Shown piece after piece: positions 35,035 to 44,907 of a DNA stretch of 62,337 nt. Origin of the DNA: a virus (taxonomy: Duplodnaviria > Caudoviricetes); IMG/VR virus record IMGVR_UViG_3300027985_000790, positions 1 to 62,337 of that record. The stretch is one strand, 5' to 3'. How positions within the stretch are numbered: position 1 is the stretch's first letter; each line of letters begins with the position of its first letter. The position numbers and the translations under genes were made by a program. Under the pieces are notes generated by a model that saw only the letters and a list, made by a program, of their open reading frames with translations, had not been told where the DNA came from and did no database searches.

Positions 35035-35520
35035 CTAGGCGGTGTACTCCGCAACTGAGGTTGGTGTCTCCCAGACGCGGATAGTCTTCAATAAAGCCAG
35101 TCCGTGGCTTCTTTTAACCACCTCAGGCGCCAGCTTGTCATGCCAGTGGCGAGCGAGATTCTCAGCAGTGGGCACAAAAGGTACCACGTAGAGTTTCATG
35201 CCGTACTTGTTGGTGCAAGCTTGGGCTTGAGCTTGCGGAATCTCCACGTCCACATGTGGCTCGAACATCTCTACCATCTGAGCATCATTGCACCAGATGC
35301 AGAACCCATGGTCGCAAGGGTCATGGATGAGCTCCATCATGGCTTCCTTGAGGAAACCGAAGTCAAGCACCATGCCTTCTTGCTCGCCGGCAAGATGCAG
35401 GTCTCCTTCACAGACGGCTTCCACTTCATAGCGGTGGCCATGAGGGTTGCGGCATTTGGATCCATGGTGGGTAACGCGGTGGCCCATATCCAACCCAATT
35501 CGCTTGCTGATAATATTCAT
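35035..35520 (-). CDS. queD: 6-carboxytetrahydropterin synthase
   Basis: GHR, C..PHGHRY, DFG, DH, PTAENLA and ETP. Confidence 0.92.
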   Translation of the reverse strand: MNIISKRIGLDMGHRVTHHGSKCRNPHGHRYEVEAVCEGDLHLAGEQEGMVLDFGFLKEAMMELIHDPCDHGFCIWCNDAQMVEMFEPHVDVEIPQAQAQACTNKYGMKLYVVPFVPTAENLARHWHDKLAPEVVKRSHGLALLKTIRVWETPTSVAEYTA

Positions 35521-37031
35521 GAGATAGCTCCATTAACATCGTAGTAAAATGAGGACTGTGGGTCCATCAAGTACAGGTTTCTTTTTGCTCGAGACGCTGC
35601 CACGAAAAAGACACGCGACTCAGTGGACGGGTTGTTATGGTAGGACAGAACGCTTGACTTGGCAACGTCCAGTTTGAGGACTACGTTCTCGGCTTCACCG
35701 CCCTTTACACCGTGGATAGTTGATACTGTGATTCTAGGCCGATTAACGAGGGATTCTCCGCGTTCTCTAGCCATCCGTATATGGTGACGCACTGACGGGG
35801 GCAACGTCAGCGCTTCCAGCCAGCTTGCGTCTGTGCGCAAGCCAAAGGCACGTTGCAGCTCTTCCATGCTGTAGTTCTCAGCATCCACGAACTCTGCCCC
35901 ACGAAAAGCCTTCTCAACCTTGGTGCCCAAGTAGCCATAGAGCTTAGTTACTGCGCCGCCTTGCAGCATGCCGCCCTTGCGTAAATGCTCCCAAGCCAGC
36001 ACGGCTTTTACCTCGTCACGGTCGGTAGATGCTTTGTACTCACCATCCACCCGGGAAAAGAAAGGTATGCCCAGATCCCATAAGTAGCCACGCCATGGCC
36101 AAAGCAGGTACTCATTACGAGCAAGGAGCATCCACTCGCCTTCATGCAAAGGAAGGTCTCTCAGGTCTTGGAAGTATTCCACTTTGCCGCCTTCCTCAAG
36201 GTACTGCTGCTCTTTGGGATAGCGAGGATTCACGGCAGACACTATGTGCTGGCACAGGTCAAAGACGCTTTTGCGCAAGCGGTACGACTTCTTGAGAACA
36301 ATCTTTTCCCCGTCGATGTTGAGGAAGTAGTTAAGGTCAGCTCCTGCCCACTCGTAGATTGCTTGGTCATCGTCACCAGCAAAGTACACGTTGGGAACAC
36401 CTTCTGCCAGCTTCTCAACCATCTCCCACTGCAGGCGGGACAGGTCTTGTGCTTCGTCCACAATCAGCAGCTCAAAACGTGGGCAGGTACCGAACTGGAC
36501 AAACTGCTCAATCATGTCGGTGTAGTCGACCACGCCTTGGTCACGTTTAAACAGCTTTATTTCTTGTGCCATGCGCTCGGCTCGGTCAGGGCAGGCATCC
36601 ATGTCTTGCGCAACGTCACGCAGTGGCTTCCGCATGAGACGGGCGTAGTGAACCGCTGATAGGGCTTTATCATCATCGGTGAGCATGGGCGGGCCGTCTT
36701 CGCTGTTGTGCCCAGCTGACAGGTCGAACCCTTCAATCTTGGCGAAGCGAGCGAAGCGCTTGTCATCTAGCACCTGGTCTGGGTTAACACCCATCTGCTT
36801 GAATGCTAAGGAGTGCAAGGTGCAGAAGAAGGGAATATCCTCCCGTAAGATGTTGAACTTCTCAGCCATCCGGTCGCGGGCTTCCATGGCTGCCTTGCGC
36901 GTGAAAGCCACGTAGCCAATGGCAATGGGATGCACTCCGCTTTCGAGAGCCTCTTCTACCACGCCAAGGAGGTACGTGGTTTTTCCACAACCAGGCCCTC
37001 CCAGAACCACTCTAGGCTTCTTCATTGTCAT
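35517..37031 (-). CDS. UvrD/Rep-like SF1A helicase
   Basis: GGPGCGKTT, DEAQD, GDDDQAIY and TIHGVKGGE. Confidence 0.9.
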   Translation of the reverse strand: MTMKKPRVVLGGPGCGKTTYLLGVVEEALESGVHPIAIGYVAFTRKAAMEARDRMAEKFNILREDIPFFCTLHSLAFKQMGVNPDQVLDDKRFARFAKIEGFDLSAGHNSEDGPPMLTDDDKALSAVHYARLMRKPLRDVAQDMDACPDRAERMAQEIKLFKRDQGVVDYTDMIEQFVQFGTCPRFELLIVDEAQDLSRLQWEMVEKLAEGVPNVYFAGDDDQAIYEWAGADLNYFLNIDGEKIVLKKSYRLRKSVFDLCQHIVSAVNPRYPKEQQYLEEGGKVEYFQDLRDLPLHEGEWMLLARNEYLLWPWRGYLWDLGIPFFSRVDGEYKASTDRDEVKAVLAWEHLRKGGMLQGGAVTKLYGYLGTKVEKAFRGAEFVDAENYSMEELQRAFGLRTDASWLEALTLPPSVRHHIRMARERGESLVNRPRITVSTIHGVKGGEAENVVLKLDVAKSSVLSYHNNPSTESRVFFVAASRAKRNLYLMDPQSSFYYDVNGAIS

Positions 37032-38670
37032 ACCGCTTCTCGTCCTTCTCCAGCTCTTTGGGGAACGCAATCCATGGACGGCAGGACTTGCCGGCTACGG
37101 TGGTGCCATTCTGCTTGTAGGAGCAGCCAAGGTCCTGAAGAACTCCAATAAGAATTCGACGCTCATAGTGCAAAGAGTCACGCTTGAGGAACTTATCAAA
37201 AGCCCGGATATCGAACCACGCTTCTGTGCCTTCCTCCTTCATGATAACGCGCCCATTATGGAAGGGCTCGTCACTTGCGGAAGTGTTCATCTTCTCATGA
37301 ATGAAAGTCAGAAGCGCTCGCTTAATCATTGACCGCCGGTCAGAATCTGGCGGGCCCTCTACTTCAGTCATATGAGTCATCCAAGCAGCCAGCATCTCCT
37401 TGAATTTGGCCTCTTGAAGCGTTGGCCAGACTTTGGATGATGCATCTAGCACAGCAGACGCAAACTTGCGCTGGTTGAGGATCTCGTCTGAGGTCATGCG
37501 CATCCGGACACCGTCGATGTTGAAGGCGTAGATGGGCGGGTCCGTCATGATCTTGGTGAAGCCTGAGACCTCCACGCCAATATCTGTGGCGCGGCTGCCA
37601 ATACCATATTCCCGGCGGCGGCACAAAGGTCGGTTGCACTGGCACTTCATAGGCTCCCGGTTGCACTGGTAAGCGTAGTCCCGCTTGCCTTGCTTGACCA
37701 CCAGGTCAATCTCATTGAGCGGCAAACCTAGGTTGCCTTTTACATTCGCCTCGTTTAGGGCCTCTCGTACCTTACCGTCTGCTGCGTCGCCGTACTTACG
37801 GAACAAGTACTGAGCTGCATTGAAGAAAGCAATGTTGCGGCCACCTTCTGCCAGTTGGGGACGGCATTCAGCATCCAGCATTTTTTCCAGCTGCTCTGCT
37901 GTTAGCTCGCCTTTGTCAAACTTGGCACGGAGCTTCTTCTCCCTCACTGTATCACCGACGAACAATTTCTGAATGCAAGGAGGACCGTCGTACCAGTCTT
38001 CTGTCTTGTCAGCATCGGCACGCTCAGTTTTGAGCTCCCGGTTGAAGTCGGCCAGCCAGACATCGGTCACTTGCTTGGCCACTTCTCCTGCCAGGAGCAG
38101 GAAGGTGTCTAAATCGTCAGGACCTGGATGGAATAAACCATGGTCATCTGCTACAACGGAAACAACGCGGCGGGATTCGCCGAAGTAAGGTAGGTTTATC
38201 CAGTTGCCTGTATCATCTTTGCTTGCGCGAGACGTCTGCTTAGGGAAGATCTCGGATCCTGAGTAACCTAACTGAGAACAAACGTTCTGCATGAACTCAA
38301 CTGCTAACTTGGCATTAACGCCTTCGTCTGAGAACATCCAAAGGTGCATACCGTTGGATTTTGAGCGTGTCATAACCAGAGGAAGATTACGGATCCGGAT
38401 GGCAATTTCCATGTGCCAGGTCTCAGCCATACCGTACTTGTCCACGTCTATCGCTGCGAAGTGAACCTTGTTGTCTTCTGTCAGAGGTATAACACCGATA
38501 CCATACTCACCTGCCAAGTGAGCAGCGTAGTCGTCCTGGGCGATGCTGCCATCTATGGTTTCTGCCTTACCTGTCATCTTTCCGGAGTCTTCCTGGGAGT
38601 GAATGCTGTACCTTCCGTACCGCAACTCGAACCCCCGGAAAAGCCTAGCGAACTGTACTATTTTGTCCAC
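37012..38670 (-). CDS. AEP-superfamily primase with a PriCT-like domain
   Basis: IDVD, SKSNGMH, EIFPKQ, GNWINLPY, EGGRN and a Cys cluster. Confidence 0.8.
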   Translation of the reverse strand: MDKIVQFARLFRGFELRYGRYSIHSQEDSGKMTGKAETIDGSIAQDDYAAHLAGEYGIGVIPLTEDNKVHFAAIDVDKYGMAETWHMEIAIRIRNLPLVMTRSKSNGMHLWMFSDEGVNAKLAVEFMQNVCSQLGYSGSEIFPKQTSRASKDDTGNWINLPYFGESRRVVSVVADDHGLFHPGPDDLDTFLLLAGEVAKQVTDVWLADFNRELKTERADADKTEDWYDGPPCIQKLFVGDTVREKKLRAKFDKGELTAEQLEKMLDAECRPQLAEGGRNIAFFNAAQYLFRKYGDAADGKVREALNEANVKGNLGLPLNEIDLVVKQGKRDYAYQCNREPMKCQCNRPLCRRREYGIGSRATDIGVEVSGFTKIMTDPPIYAFNIDGVRMRMTSDEILNQRKFASAVLDASSKVWPTLQEAKFKEMLAAWMTHMTEVEGPPDSDRRSMIKRALLTFIHEKMNTSASDEPFHNGRVIMKEEGTEAWFDIRAFDKFLKRDSLHYERRILIGVLQDLGCSYKQNGTTVAGKSCRPWIAFPKELEKDEKRYDNEEA

Positions 38671-38688
38671 TTGTCCACTCCTTAAGAT

Positions 38689-38711
38689 GCGCCGGCCGGG
38701 ATGGCCGGCGC
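38689..38711 (-). terminator. GC-rich hairpin after ssb (weak terminator or stabiliser)
   Basis: GCGCCGGCC/GGCCGGCGC 9-bp stem with a poor U tract. Confidence 0.45.
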
Positions 38712-38726
38712 TTACTGCTTACTACC

Positions 38727-39587
38727 TTAGAACGGAATATCGTCGTCCCCTTCCGGGTCACCACCCCCGGAAGGCGTGGCCGGATTTTCCTTGGTGTAGT
38801 CAGCAGTGTGCTCACCGGCCTGGATACCATCAACGAAGGCCTTGCAGTCGTTGAGGATCTGGCGGGCGTTGGGCAGCGCAGTGATGTCCGAGCCCTTGCT
38901 GATTTCCCACACGTACCAGGAGCCTTGGTCGTTGGAGCGGCGGCGAGTGGAAACATTCCAGACACCGAAGAACCGCGGAGCCTTGGCTCCGTTCGGCAGA
39001 CGCAGGTTCATGATAAGGGCATTCCAGTCCTTGCTGGGCTTGACCTGAGTGGACGTCATGGTCAGGACAGCAGGTTCCAGCGAGCCGTCGTCGCCGACGA
39101 TGAACACGAAGTGGGTGTGGGTGTAGGACAGCTGGTTGCCAGGGGTGCCCAGACCGGCGCCGTCGGAGATGATGTCTTGGTTGTTCTCGTTCCGGTGGGT
39201 CGGGATGCCCGCACCTTCGCCAACGTCGTATTCAGCTACGAAGCCACCGCCCTTGCTACGCGGAACCCACTCAATGTAGGACGCCTTGTAGGCCAGGGAG
39301 ATGATGCGCATACCGACCAGCTGGTTACCGTCGTCGTCCTGGGTGGCTCGGAGCTCCTTGGTGACGGTGTTGTAGAGCATGGACGGCTCGGAACCTTTGA
39401 TAAATTCCGGTTCGCCTTTCGTGCACTGCGGTGACAGGGATTGCAGGATCTGGATAAACGGGATGGACATATCGTCCTTGCCCATCGCTTCCACGTACTG
39501 CTCAGCCGCCTGGCCCAGGTCTGCCAACAGGTCAGCATCTACGGGGAGTTGCTTTTCCGGTTGCTTCGCGGGTACTTTAGGTGCCAT
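38727..39587 (-). CDS. Single-stranded DNA-binding protein (phage type)
   Basis: C-terminal DDDIPF; IP.I.ILQ.LSP motif; replication context. Confidence 0.7.
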   Translation of the reverse strand: MAPKVPAKQPEKQLPVDADLLADLGQAAEQYVEAMGKDDMSIPFIQILQSLSPQCTKGEPEFIKGSEPSMLYNTVTKELRATQDDDGNQLVGMRIISLAYKASYIEWVPRSKGGGFVAEYDVGEGAGIPTHRNENNQDIISDGAGLGTPGNQLSYTHTHFVFIVGDDGSLEPAVLTMTSTQVKPSKDWNALIMNLRLPNGAKAPRFFGVWNVSTRRRSNDQGSWYVWEISKGSDITALPNARQILNDCKAFVDGIQAGEHTADYTKENPATPSGGGDPEGDDDIPF

Positions 39588-39599
39588 AGGTCTTACTCC

Positions 39600-40142
39600 T
39601 TACTTGATGGTGGTCTTGGTGACCACGAAAGCACCGAAGAAAGACAAGTCGTCATTTACGCCTTCCTTCCGACGGTCATTAAGCAGCTTCTTGAGAGAAG
39701 CTGAGTTCACTGTCTCGCTGCGTATTGCCTCGAGACCTTGCTCTGTGGCGAACTTCATGGTTTTGTCCGCCTGGTCATCAGCGCCTTTGTCGAAGTTTAT
39801 GCTGATGCTGTTGGCTACGAGATAAGCCAGGTCCATGGAGCGCAGCTTGCCGATTATCTCCGCCTTGCGCTTGGCCGGAACAGAAATGGTCATCTCTTCT
39901 TTGAGATTGACAGTTTTGCCGCTGGTGAGCACGAGGGACTTGAGCCCTACAGATTGCATAGCAGCCGGAAGCCTGTCAAGCATGACCACATTGAGTTCCT
40001 TCTTCTTTGCGGCGAGTTGCTGCTCCAGGCGGTCAATGTCGCCTTCCAGCTGCAACTGCTTGTCCGCCAAAGCGGTTATCTCACCCAGGTCAACTTTCTG
40101 TTCTTCACCTGCCTGCTGCAGGTCAGCAAAAATGTCCGTCAT
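39600..40142 (-). CDS. Conserved replication-module protein
   Basis: Coiled coil then LP..M...G; adjacent to ssb. Confidence 0.7.
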   Translation of the reverse strand: MTDIFADLQQAGEEQKVDLGEITALADKQLQLEGDIDRLEQQLAAKKKELNVVMLDRLPAAMQSVGLKSLVLTSGKTVNLKEEMTISVPAKRKAEIIGKLRSMDLAYLVANSISINFDKGADDQADKTMKFATEQGLEAIRSETVNSASLKKLLNDRRKEGVNDDLSFFGAFVVTKTTIK

Positions 40143-40151
40143 CTTCTTCTC

Positions 40152-40511
40152 CTAAATCTTAACGGTGAGGGGTATGTAGTGCCCACCTACTACACGACCG
40201 CTAAGGTCGCGTTCTTTTTCCCACTTAAGGTACTTGACACTATTATGCCAAGCTCCCAAGTGGGCGCTTACCAGAAGCATACCCAGCGGGTCGCCGCCTG
40301 CCCAGACAATGAAGTCGTCGTCCGGGTCAAAGTTTTCAAGCGTAGAAAGAATGTGCTGTCGCGCTGCTGAAGGATTCTCGCTGGGTTCGGGCCGCTGCGT
40401 TGAGTCAAACAAAAAGACCACTTCACCAAACTCCTGAGCGGGAGAAACGTCATAAGTAAAAGAACTGCTGTTCTTAGTAACTGGACGGTTCACAATGAAT
40501 ACTTTAGCCAT
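40152..40511 (-). CDS. Hypothetical protein
   Basis: AGGAG RBS; TATAAT upstream. Confidence 0.7.
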   Translation of the reverse strand: MAKVFIVNRPVTKNSSSFTYDVSPAQEFGEVVFLFDSTQRPEPSENPSAARQHILSTLENFDPDDDFIVWAGGDPLGMLLVSAHLGAWHNSVKYLKWEKERDLSGRVVGGHYIPLTVKI

Positions 40512-40550
40512 GATTATGCTCCTGTTCTGTTATTATAATTTTATATCACT

Positions 40551-42293
40551 TTACTTGACTGATAGCCAAGAACGAAGGTCATCACCCGTAAGTTGTGAAG
40601 CAATGTCAAACTTGGTAAGCAAGGCCTTCAAGATCTCGCGGTCGATGGTTCCCAGGGCTTCCAGGTCTGTATAGGTAACAGGGAACTTCTGCCCTATACG
40701 GTGAGCACGGTCTTCTGATTGCAACCGCAAAGCCAGGTTGTAGGAGTTGCTGTAGTAGATTACATCTCGGGCAGCGGTCAACGTGATGCCTGTGCCTGCA
40801 GCTTGCTGTGATGCAATGGCCCAGCGGATTTTGTCATCTGTCTGGAAAGCCTGCACGTTATCCATGCGCTGGCTTTTGGGCGTCTCGCCTGTCAGCATGA
40901 CAAAGGAGTCCTCACCGTAGTCCTTGGCTATGCGGGCTGCAATCTCACGCTGGGAGTAACGGAAGTTTGCCCAGATGATAGCTTTGTACTGAACTTCCTC
41001 AAGCACCGTCATGAGGGCTTCCAGACGAGGATTGGTTTTGGCAAGAGGTGAGCCCAGGATGTCTTCTGACAAGGTCATATCATCGGGAACCACGTACCCA
41101 CAGACGATTTGCTGGAGGCGTATCAGCTTGGCAAGGGCTATCTGGGCGGTCATGCGTTCACCTGTTTCCAGTAGCACCAGGAGGTTGTCCTTCATGCTCA
41201 TGTAAGCTTTGCGCATCTCGTCGGACATGGTGAACGACCGCAGGCGGTAAATTTTCTCAGGCAGATCCAGAACGTCGTCTTTGAGAAGGCGGGTCCGGAA
41301 AGGATCTAGCTTCTGCTTCAACTCTTCCAGGTTCTGGTAACCCACAACCACCTCAACAGGTTTGTCCACTTGGACAGCTTTACCTGTGGCAGGGTCTTTT
41401 ACCCATGCTTTATAGGTTATTGAGCTGAGTTCCTGCATCACAGCGTAACGCTGCTTGAATTGTCCAAAGGTCATGTTGCCAAGTATGGCTGGATTTAAAA
41501 AGGTGTACTGCGACCACAAGTCAAGAGGCCCTTGGGTGACAGGGGTGCCTGTCAGTATGTACCGGCGTTCTGCCATCTTGCCCAGCTTTATGAGGGCCTT
41601 GGTGCGTTCAGCGGATGGCGTCTTGATGTTGTGGGATTCGTCAACCACGATGATGGCATTCCGCTGGGACAGGAATCGCTTACAGAAACCCATGCCACGC
41701 TTTCGGTGGACGGAGTCAAAGTTGATGGTGGCGATGGCGAACTTGTCTGTTTCCACAATCCCGCGCATGCCGCCTTCTACGCGGTTGCCATTCCAAGCAG
41801 CGGCCATGTAGTTGGAGAGCGGGAAGTGCGTGGGGATCTCGTTCCGGACCCAGTTTATGTGGACGTCATTGAGCGTCACCACGAGTAGGCCGTCTATCTT
41901 GTACTTCTTGGCCGCCCAAGCTACCACGTCCAATATCACCTTACTCTTGCCTAAGCCCATCTCCCACTCCACACCAAACTCCCGGCGGTCCTTTATCTTC
42001 GACCACCAGAACTGTTGATGTTTAAACGGATTGGTCTTCCACTCCCATTCGATGGTCGGGTCGGCTTCCTCTTCCTTCTGGCGATAGAGGTATTTCCAGG
42101 CGGGACGGCATTCGGGGGCAAACTCAAACTGCTTGCTGAAAGCCAGATAGTCGAGGACCTCACGAGTAGGCGTGAACTTAAGGCGGTCGCCTACCGTCCG
42201 GGTTATCGTGTTTAAACGTTCCTGGAGCTGTTGCCGGAGCTCGTAGGAGGCTCCTTCAATTACGCCCCAGTTGTCCTCTACTACTATTCTCAT
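40551..42293 (-). CDS. SNF2-family helicase
   Basis: EMGLGKS, DESH, LTGTP and QSEDRAHRIGQ. Confidence 0.92.
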   Translation of the reverse strand: MRIVVEDNWGVIEGASYELRQQLQERLNTITRTVGDRLKFTPTREVLDYLAFSKQFEFAPECRPAWKYLYRQKEEEADPTIEWEWKTNPFKHQQFWWSKIKDRREFGVEWEMGLGKSKVILDVVAWAAKKYKIDGLLVVTLNDVHINWVRNEIPTHFPLSNYMAAAWNGNRVEGGMRGIVETDKFAIATINFDSVHRKRGMGFCKRFLSQRNAIIVVDESHNIKTPSAERTKALIKLGKMAERRYILTGTPVTQGPLDLWSQYTFLNPAILGNMTFGQFKQRYAVMQELSSITYKAWVKDPATGKAVQVDKPVEVVVGYQNLEELKQKLDPFRTRLLKDDVLDLPEKIYRLRSFTMSDEMRKAYMSMKDNLLVLLETGERMTAQIALAKLIRLQQIVCGYVVPDDMTLSEDILGSPLAKTNPRLEALMTVLEEVQYKAIIWANFRYSQREIAARIAKDYGEDSFVMLTGETPKSQRMDNVQAFQTDDKIRWAIASQQAAGTGITLTAARDVIYYSNSYNLALRLQSEDRAHRIGQKFPVTYTDLEALGTIDREILKALLTKFDIASQLTGDDLRSWLSVK

Positions 42294-42550
42294 TCGATAC
42301 CCCTTGCCAGCTTCCAACCTTCCCAACAATGCTGTACTTCACTGTTAGCATAAGTGCCATCGCTCAGACGAGAAAGGACCCACTTCCGCTCTCTACGGTA
42401 CCCTTTTCCTCTAAGCTCAAGAAACTTTTCTTCAAACTCGGAGCGAGGATCTTCCACACATGCAGGAGCATCCGGGTCGTTAACGTCCCAAGTCAAGCCA
42501 CACTTGGCACAGTGCATTTGGTCGCTATACTGGCGCGCTTGGCAGCTCAT
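42290..42550 (-). CDS. Hypothetical Zn-binding protein
   Basis: C...DQMHCAKCGLTWD...C. Confidence 0.65.
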   Translation of the reverse strand: MSCQARQYSDQMHCAKCGLTWDVNDPDAPACVEDPRSEFEEKFLELRGKGYRRERKWVLSRLSDGTYANSEVQHCWEGWKLARGIE

Positions 42551-42849
42551 CTGTAGGACCCCTTCAAGAAGGACTTCACGAGAGAATCGTGGTCAACGGT
42601 GCTTACTGCTCTGGCTTCTCCCACACCACAAAGCTGGTTGACCAGCTGACTCACTATGGACAGGCTGCAGGTGGGGTGCCCTCGTGTATAAGCAAATGCT
42701 GTTACCAGCAGCTTGTCCGCCTTTTCACACTGAGAAGGGTTAAAGCCATACATAAGTGAGAAGAAGCGCTTCTTCATTTCCTTCCGCTCTTCTCTGTTTG
42801 CTGCAAGCATTGCGGCGCGGAAATGCTTGATTAGAGCTTGGTCAGTCAT
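42547..42849 (-). CDS. Hypothetical protein
   Basis: Start MTDQ after GAGGAG. Confidence 0.6.
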   Translation of the reverse strand: MTDQALIKHFRAAMLAANREERKEMKKRFFSLMYGFNPSQCEKADKLLVTAFAYTRGHPTCSLSIVSQLVNQLCGVGEARAVSTVDHDSLVKSFLKGSYR

Positions 42850-43060
42850 GGTCGTTCTCCTCATTAGGTAAACCGTGACACTTCCAGTAGTCTGTCTCAT
42901 GCCCAAATTCTTCATGGAACCCTTCAAAGTCAACTACTACTGAACGGACGCAGGGGAAACCTACAGGTATGATTCTGCCGCAATTCCAGCAAACTCGTTC
43001 TTTTCGGGAGGCTTTGATGAAGCGAATACTCAAAGTCCTCAGCATGCTAAAATTGTGCAT
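42842..43060 (-). CDS. Hypothetical Zn-finger protein
   Basis: CWNC...C; start MHNF. Confidence 0.55.
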   Translation of the reverse strand: MHNFSMLRTLSIRFIKASRKERVCWNCGRIIPVGFPCVRSVVVDFEGFHEEFGHETDYWKCHGLPNEENDHD

Positions 43061-43061
43061 C

Positions 43062-43514
43062 TCAGAACCCCCAATTGAAGAGGTCAACAGCGGGAACGTA
43101 CCCGCACTCTATGTGGCCAGTTTCTTCGCTAACGGTGAGGTCGCCGCCTGCTTCGAGAACCTCCAAGACTTTCTTGGCTACTTCCAGCTCAGCTTGTGCA
43201 AAGACTACGTGGCGGCGCTTGCGGAACTTGAGGCTCTCAATGGCGGCTTCCACTGTAGGATGGTAGCGCCCACCGCCTTTGTTAACACGGTGCTTTCTTT
43301 TCTGGATAAGGTCCCGTGCCCATTTGTCCTTGGTGTAGTTGAGCAAGTACATCTGGCTCTTGTGCAGGATCCAGTAGCAGCACGGGGTCTCTTTAAAAGC
43401 GTAGTACTCCTGGATGTCGATTTCAGCTCCTCTCTCGCTGAATACCGCATTACAGCGGAAGTAGACAGGCATGCCATTGGGCTGGATAGTTGCGGGAGCG
43501 TTAAGCACTTTCAT
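43062..43514 (-). CDS. Hypothetical protein
   Basis: AGGAG RBS; first gene of the replication operon. Confidence 0.7.
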   Translation of the reverse strand: MKVLNAPATIQPNGMPVYFRCNAVFSERGAEIDIQEYYAFKETPCCYWILHKSQMYLLNYTKDKWARDLIQKRKHRVNKGGGRYHPTVEAAIESLKFRKRRHVVFAQAELEVAKKVLEVLEAGGDLTVSEETGHIECGYVPAVDLFNWGF

Positions 43515-43634
43515 GGTCGTTCTCCTGTATTGGATAGTTGAAGCCTACAAACCAGACGGCTGAGTTGCAAGATGGCTCCAGGTATTGTGCGCATGGAGAA
43601 TGAGGATAAGTGCTTTATGTCACGAATAGCGCAG

Positions 43635-43698
43635 AAACCACAAAAACCACACCACGTCTTCGTATGCGCACGCGTGTACACACGTGTGCGCGGATGTG
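43635..43698 (+). repeat. 64-bp element, copy 2
   Basis: 58/64 identical to 9656-9719; lies in a divergent intergenic region. Confidence 0.9.
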
Positions 43699-43796
43699 GT
43701 ATCCGCGGTTCATGAAATCACCGCTTTATTTCAATACGGCGCACGCGTATAATTCGGTTATCTGGTAGTGTCAACTAATTAAGTAAGGAGAAAATC

Positions 43797-44033
43797 TTGA
43801 AAGTAGAAGACCTGTTAAAGATGGAGTGGGGTAGCGCGGTTGAATGGATGATAGAGCACCAAGACCACGCAATTGTGGACAGCAGGAAGCAAGCCGAACT
43901 ACAGGAAGCTGTTGAGGTAATGGTGAGCGACCTTGTTGCTGTAAAAGCAGGAAGCGATGAAACTTCTCACAGCTGTGCTCAACGCATACTGAGCAACTGG
44001 GACCGGAATCGCGGTTCTGCATGGTTTGAATAA
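43797..44033 (+). CDS. Hypothetical protein
   Basis: TAAGGAG RBS, TTG start. Confidence 0.65.
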   Translation: MKVEDLLKMEWGSAVEWMIEHQDHAIVDSRKQAELQEAVEVMVSDLVAVKAGSDETSHSCAQRILSNWDRNRGSAWFE

Positions 44034-44043
44034 GGAGAATGGT

Positions 44044-44226
44044 ATGACCAAAGAACAATTTATTGACGCCCAAGACGAGTTGGGATTGAACAACGCTCAA
44101 CTGGGTGCCAAGCTGTTTAAATGTGCCCAAAGTGTGTCGAACTACCGTACTGGCCGGCAGAAAGTTCCACGCTCGGTGGAAGCAGCCATCAAGCTGCTGG
44201 TAGCGCAGAAGCGTGACAAGAAGTAA
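44044..44226 (+). CDS. XRE-type helix-turn-helix protein
   Basis: LGL.NAQLG..L....QSVSNYRTG...VP; TAAGGAG RBS. Confidence 0.75.
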   Translation: MTKEQFIDAQDELGLNNAQLGAKLFKCAQSVSNYRTGRQKVPRSVEAAIKLLVAQKRDKK

Positions 44227-44228
44227 GC

Positions 44229-44260
44229 AAATAGCCCCTACGCTCGTAGGGGCTAGTTTT
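44229..44260. terminator. Bidirectional terminator
   Basis: TAGCCCCTACG/CGTAGGGGCTA stem between convergent genes. Confidence 0.8.
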
Positions 44261-44261
44261 A

Positions 44262-44630
44262 CTATTCAGCAGCGGGCGATTCGCTAAGGGATTCACGGTA
44301 GTAATCCAGCTGCGCCATGGCTTCACTAATCCACCTCTGCAGCTCAGCCATGTTGCGACTTAGGTTCTCATACTGCTGGGCGTCCAAAGTAAGCACCTGC
44401 TTTTCTCCTGACTTAGTTGTGCCGAATTCCACCGGCAGCAAGTTCAACGGGTCAGGTTTAGGGACTACCTGAACTTGGGGAAGGCTGGGCAGGTCCTCCA
44501 CCGCAGTCACCACCTGAGGCGCACTCGAGCATCCGAAGAGTGGAACGAGTGCCGCTATTGACAGAATCAGTAACCATCCCCGGATGTGCTTCAAGGAGTG
44601 CTTCAAGGTTGTGCTTTGCAAAGACATCAT
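44262..44630 (-). CDS. Outer-membrane spanin (Rz1-like lipoprotein); start uncertain
   Basis: Lipobox LFGC, Pro-rich segment, overlaps the i-spanin gene. Confidence 0.7.
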   Translation of the reverse strand: MMSLQSTTLKHSLKHIRGWLLILSIAALVPLFGCSSAPQVVTAVEDLPSLPQVQVVPKPDPLNLLPVEFGTTKSGEKQVLTLDAQQYENLSRNMAELQRWISEAMAQLDYYRESLSESPAAE

Positions 44631-44907
44631 CTATTCTCCTCAGTTGCTGCGAGGCTTTGCGCTGCTGCTCAAGCAAACTTGTTAGTTTCTCGCTGTTCTC
44701 TTGCACTCGCTGCGTTACCGCATCAATGTGCTCCATTGCTTTGCGCGTGGCTTCCTGAGATTCGTCCAACATTGCCACATAGCGTCCTTTTTCAGTAAGC
44801 AGATCATCCCGCTCACTCTTTAGGCCGTAGACGTAGAAACCTGCTACAGCTACCAGCACCGCCAAGATAGTGCCGCCAATCAGCTTGGCGTAGGGAATTA
44901 CATTCAT
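44458..44907 (-). CDS. Inner-membrane spanin (Rz-like)
   Basis: N-terminal TM segment plus coiled coil. Confidence 0.72.
   Translation of the reverse strand: MNVIPYAKLIGGTILAVLVAVAGFYVYGLKSERDDLLTEKGRYVAMLDESQEATRKAMEHIDAVTQRVQENSEKLTSLLEQQRKASQQLRRIDDVFAKHNLEALLEAHPGMVTDSVNSGTRSTLRMLECASGGDCGGGPAQPSPSSGSP

Noticed and set aside
44044-44226. Lysogeny repressor, implying a temperate lifestyle
   Set aside because: A lone 60-aa HTH with no peptidase domain; no integrase or partition genes recognised
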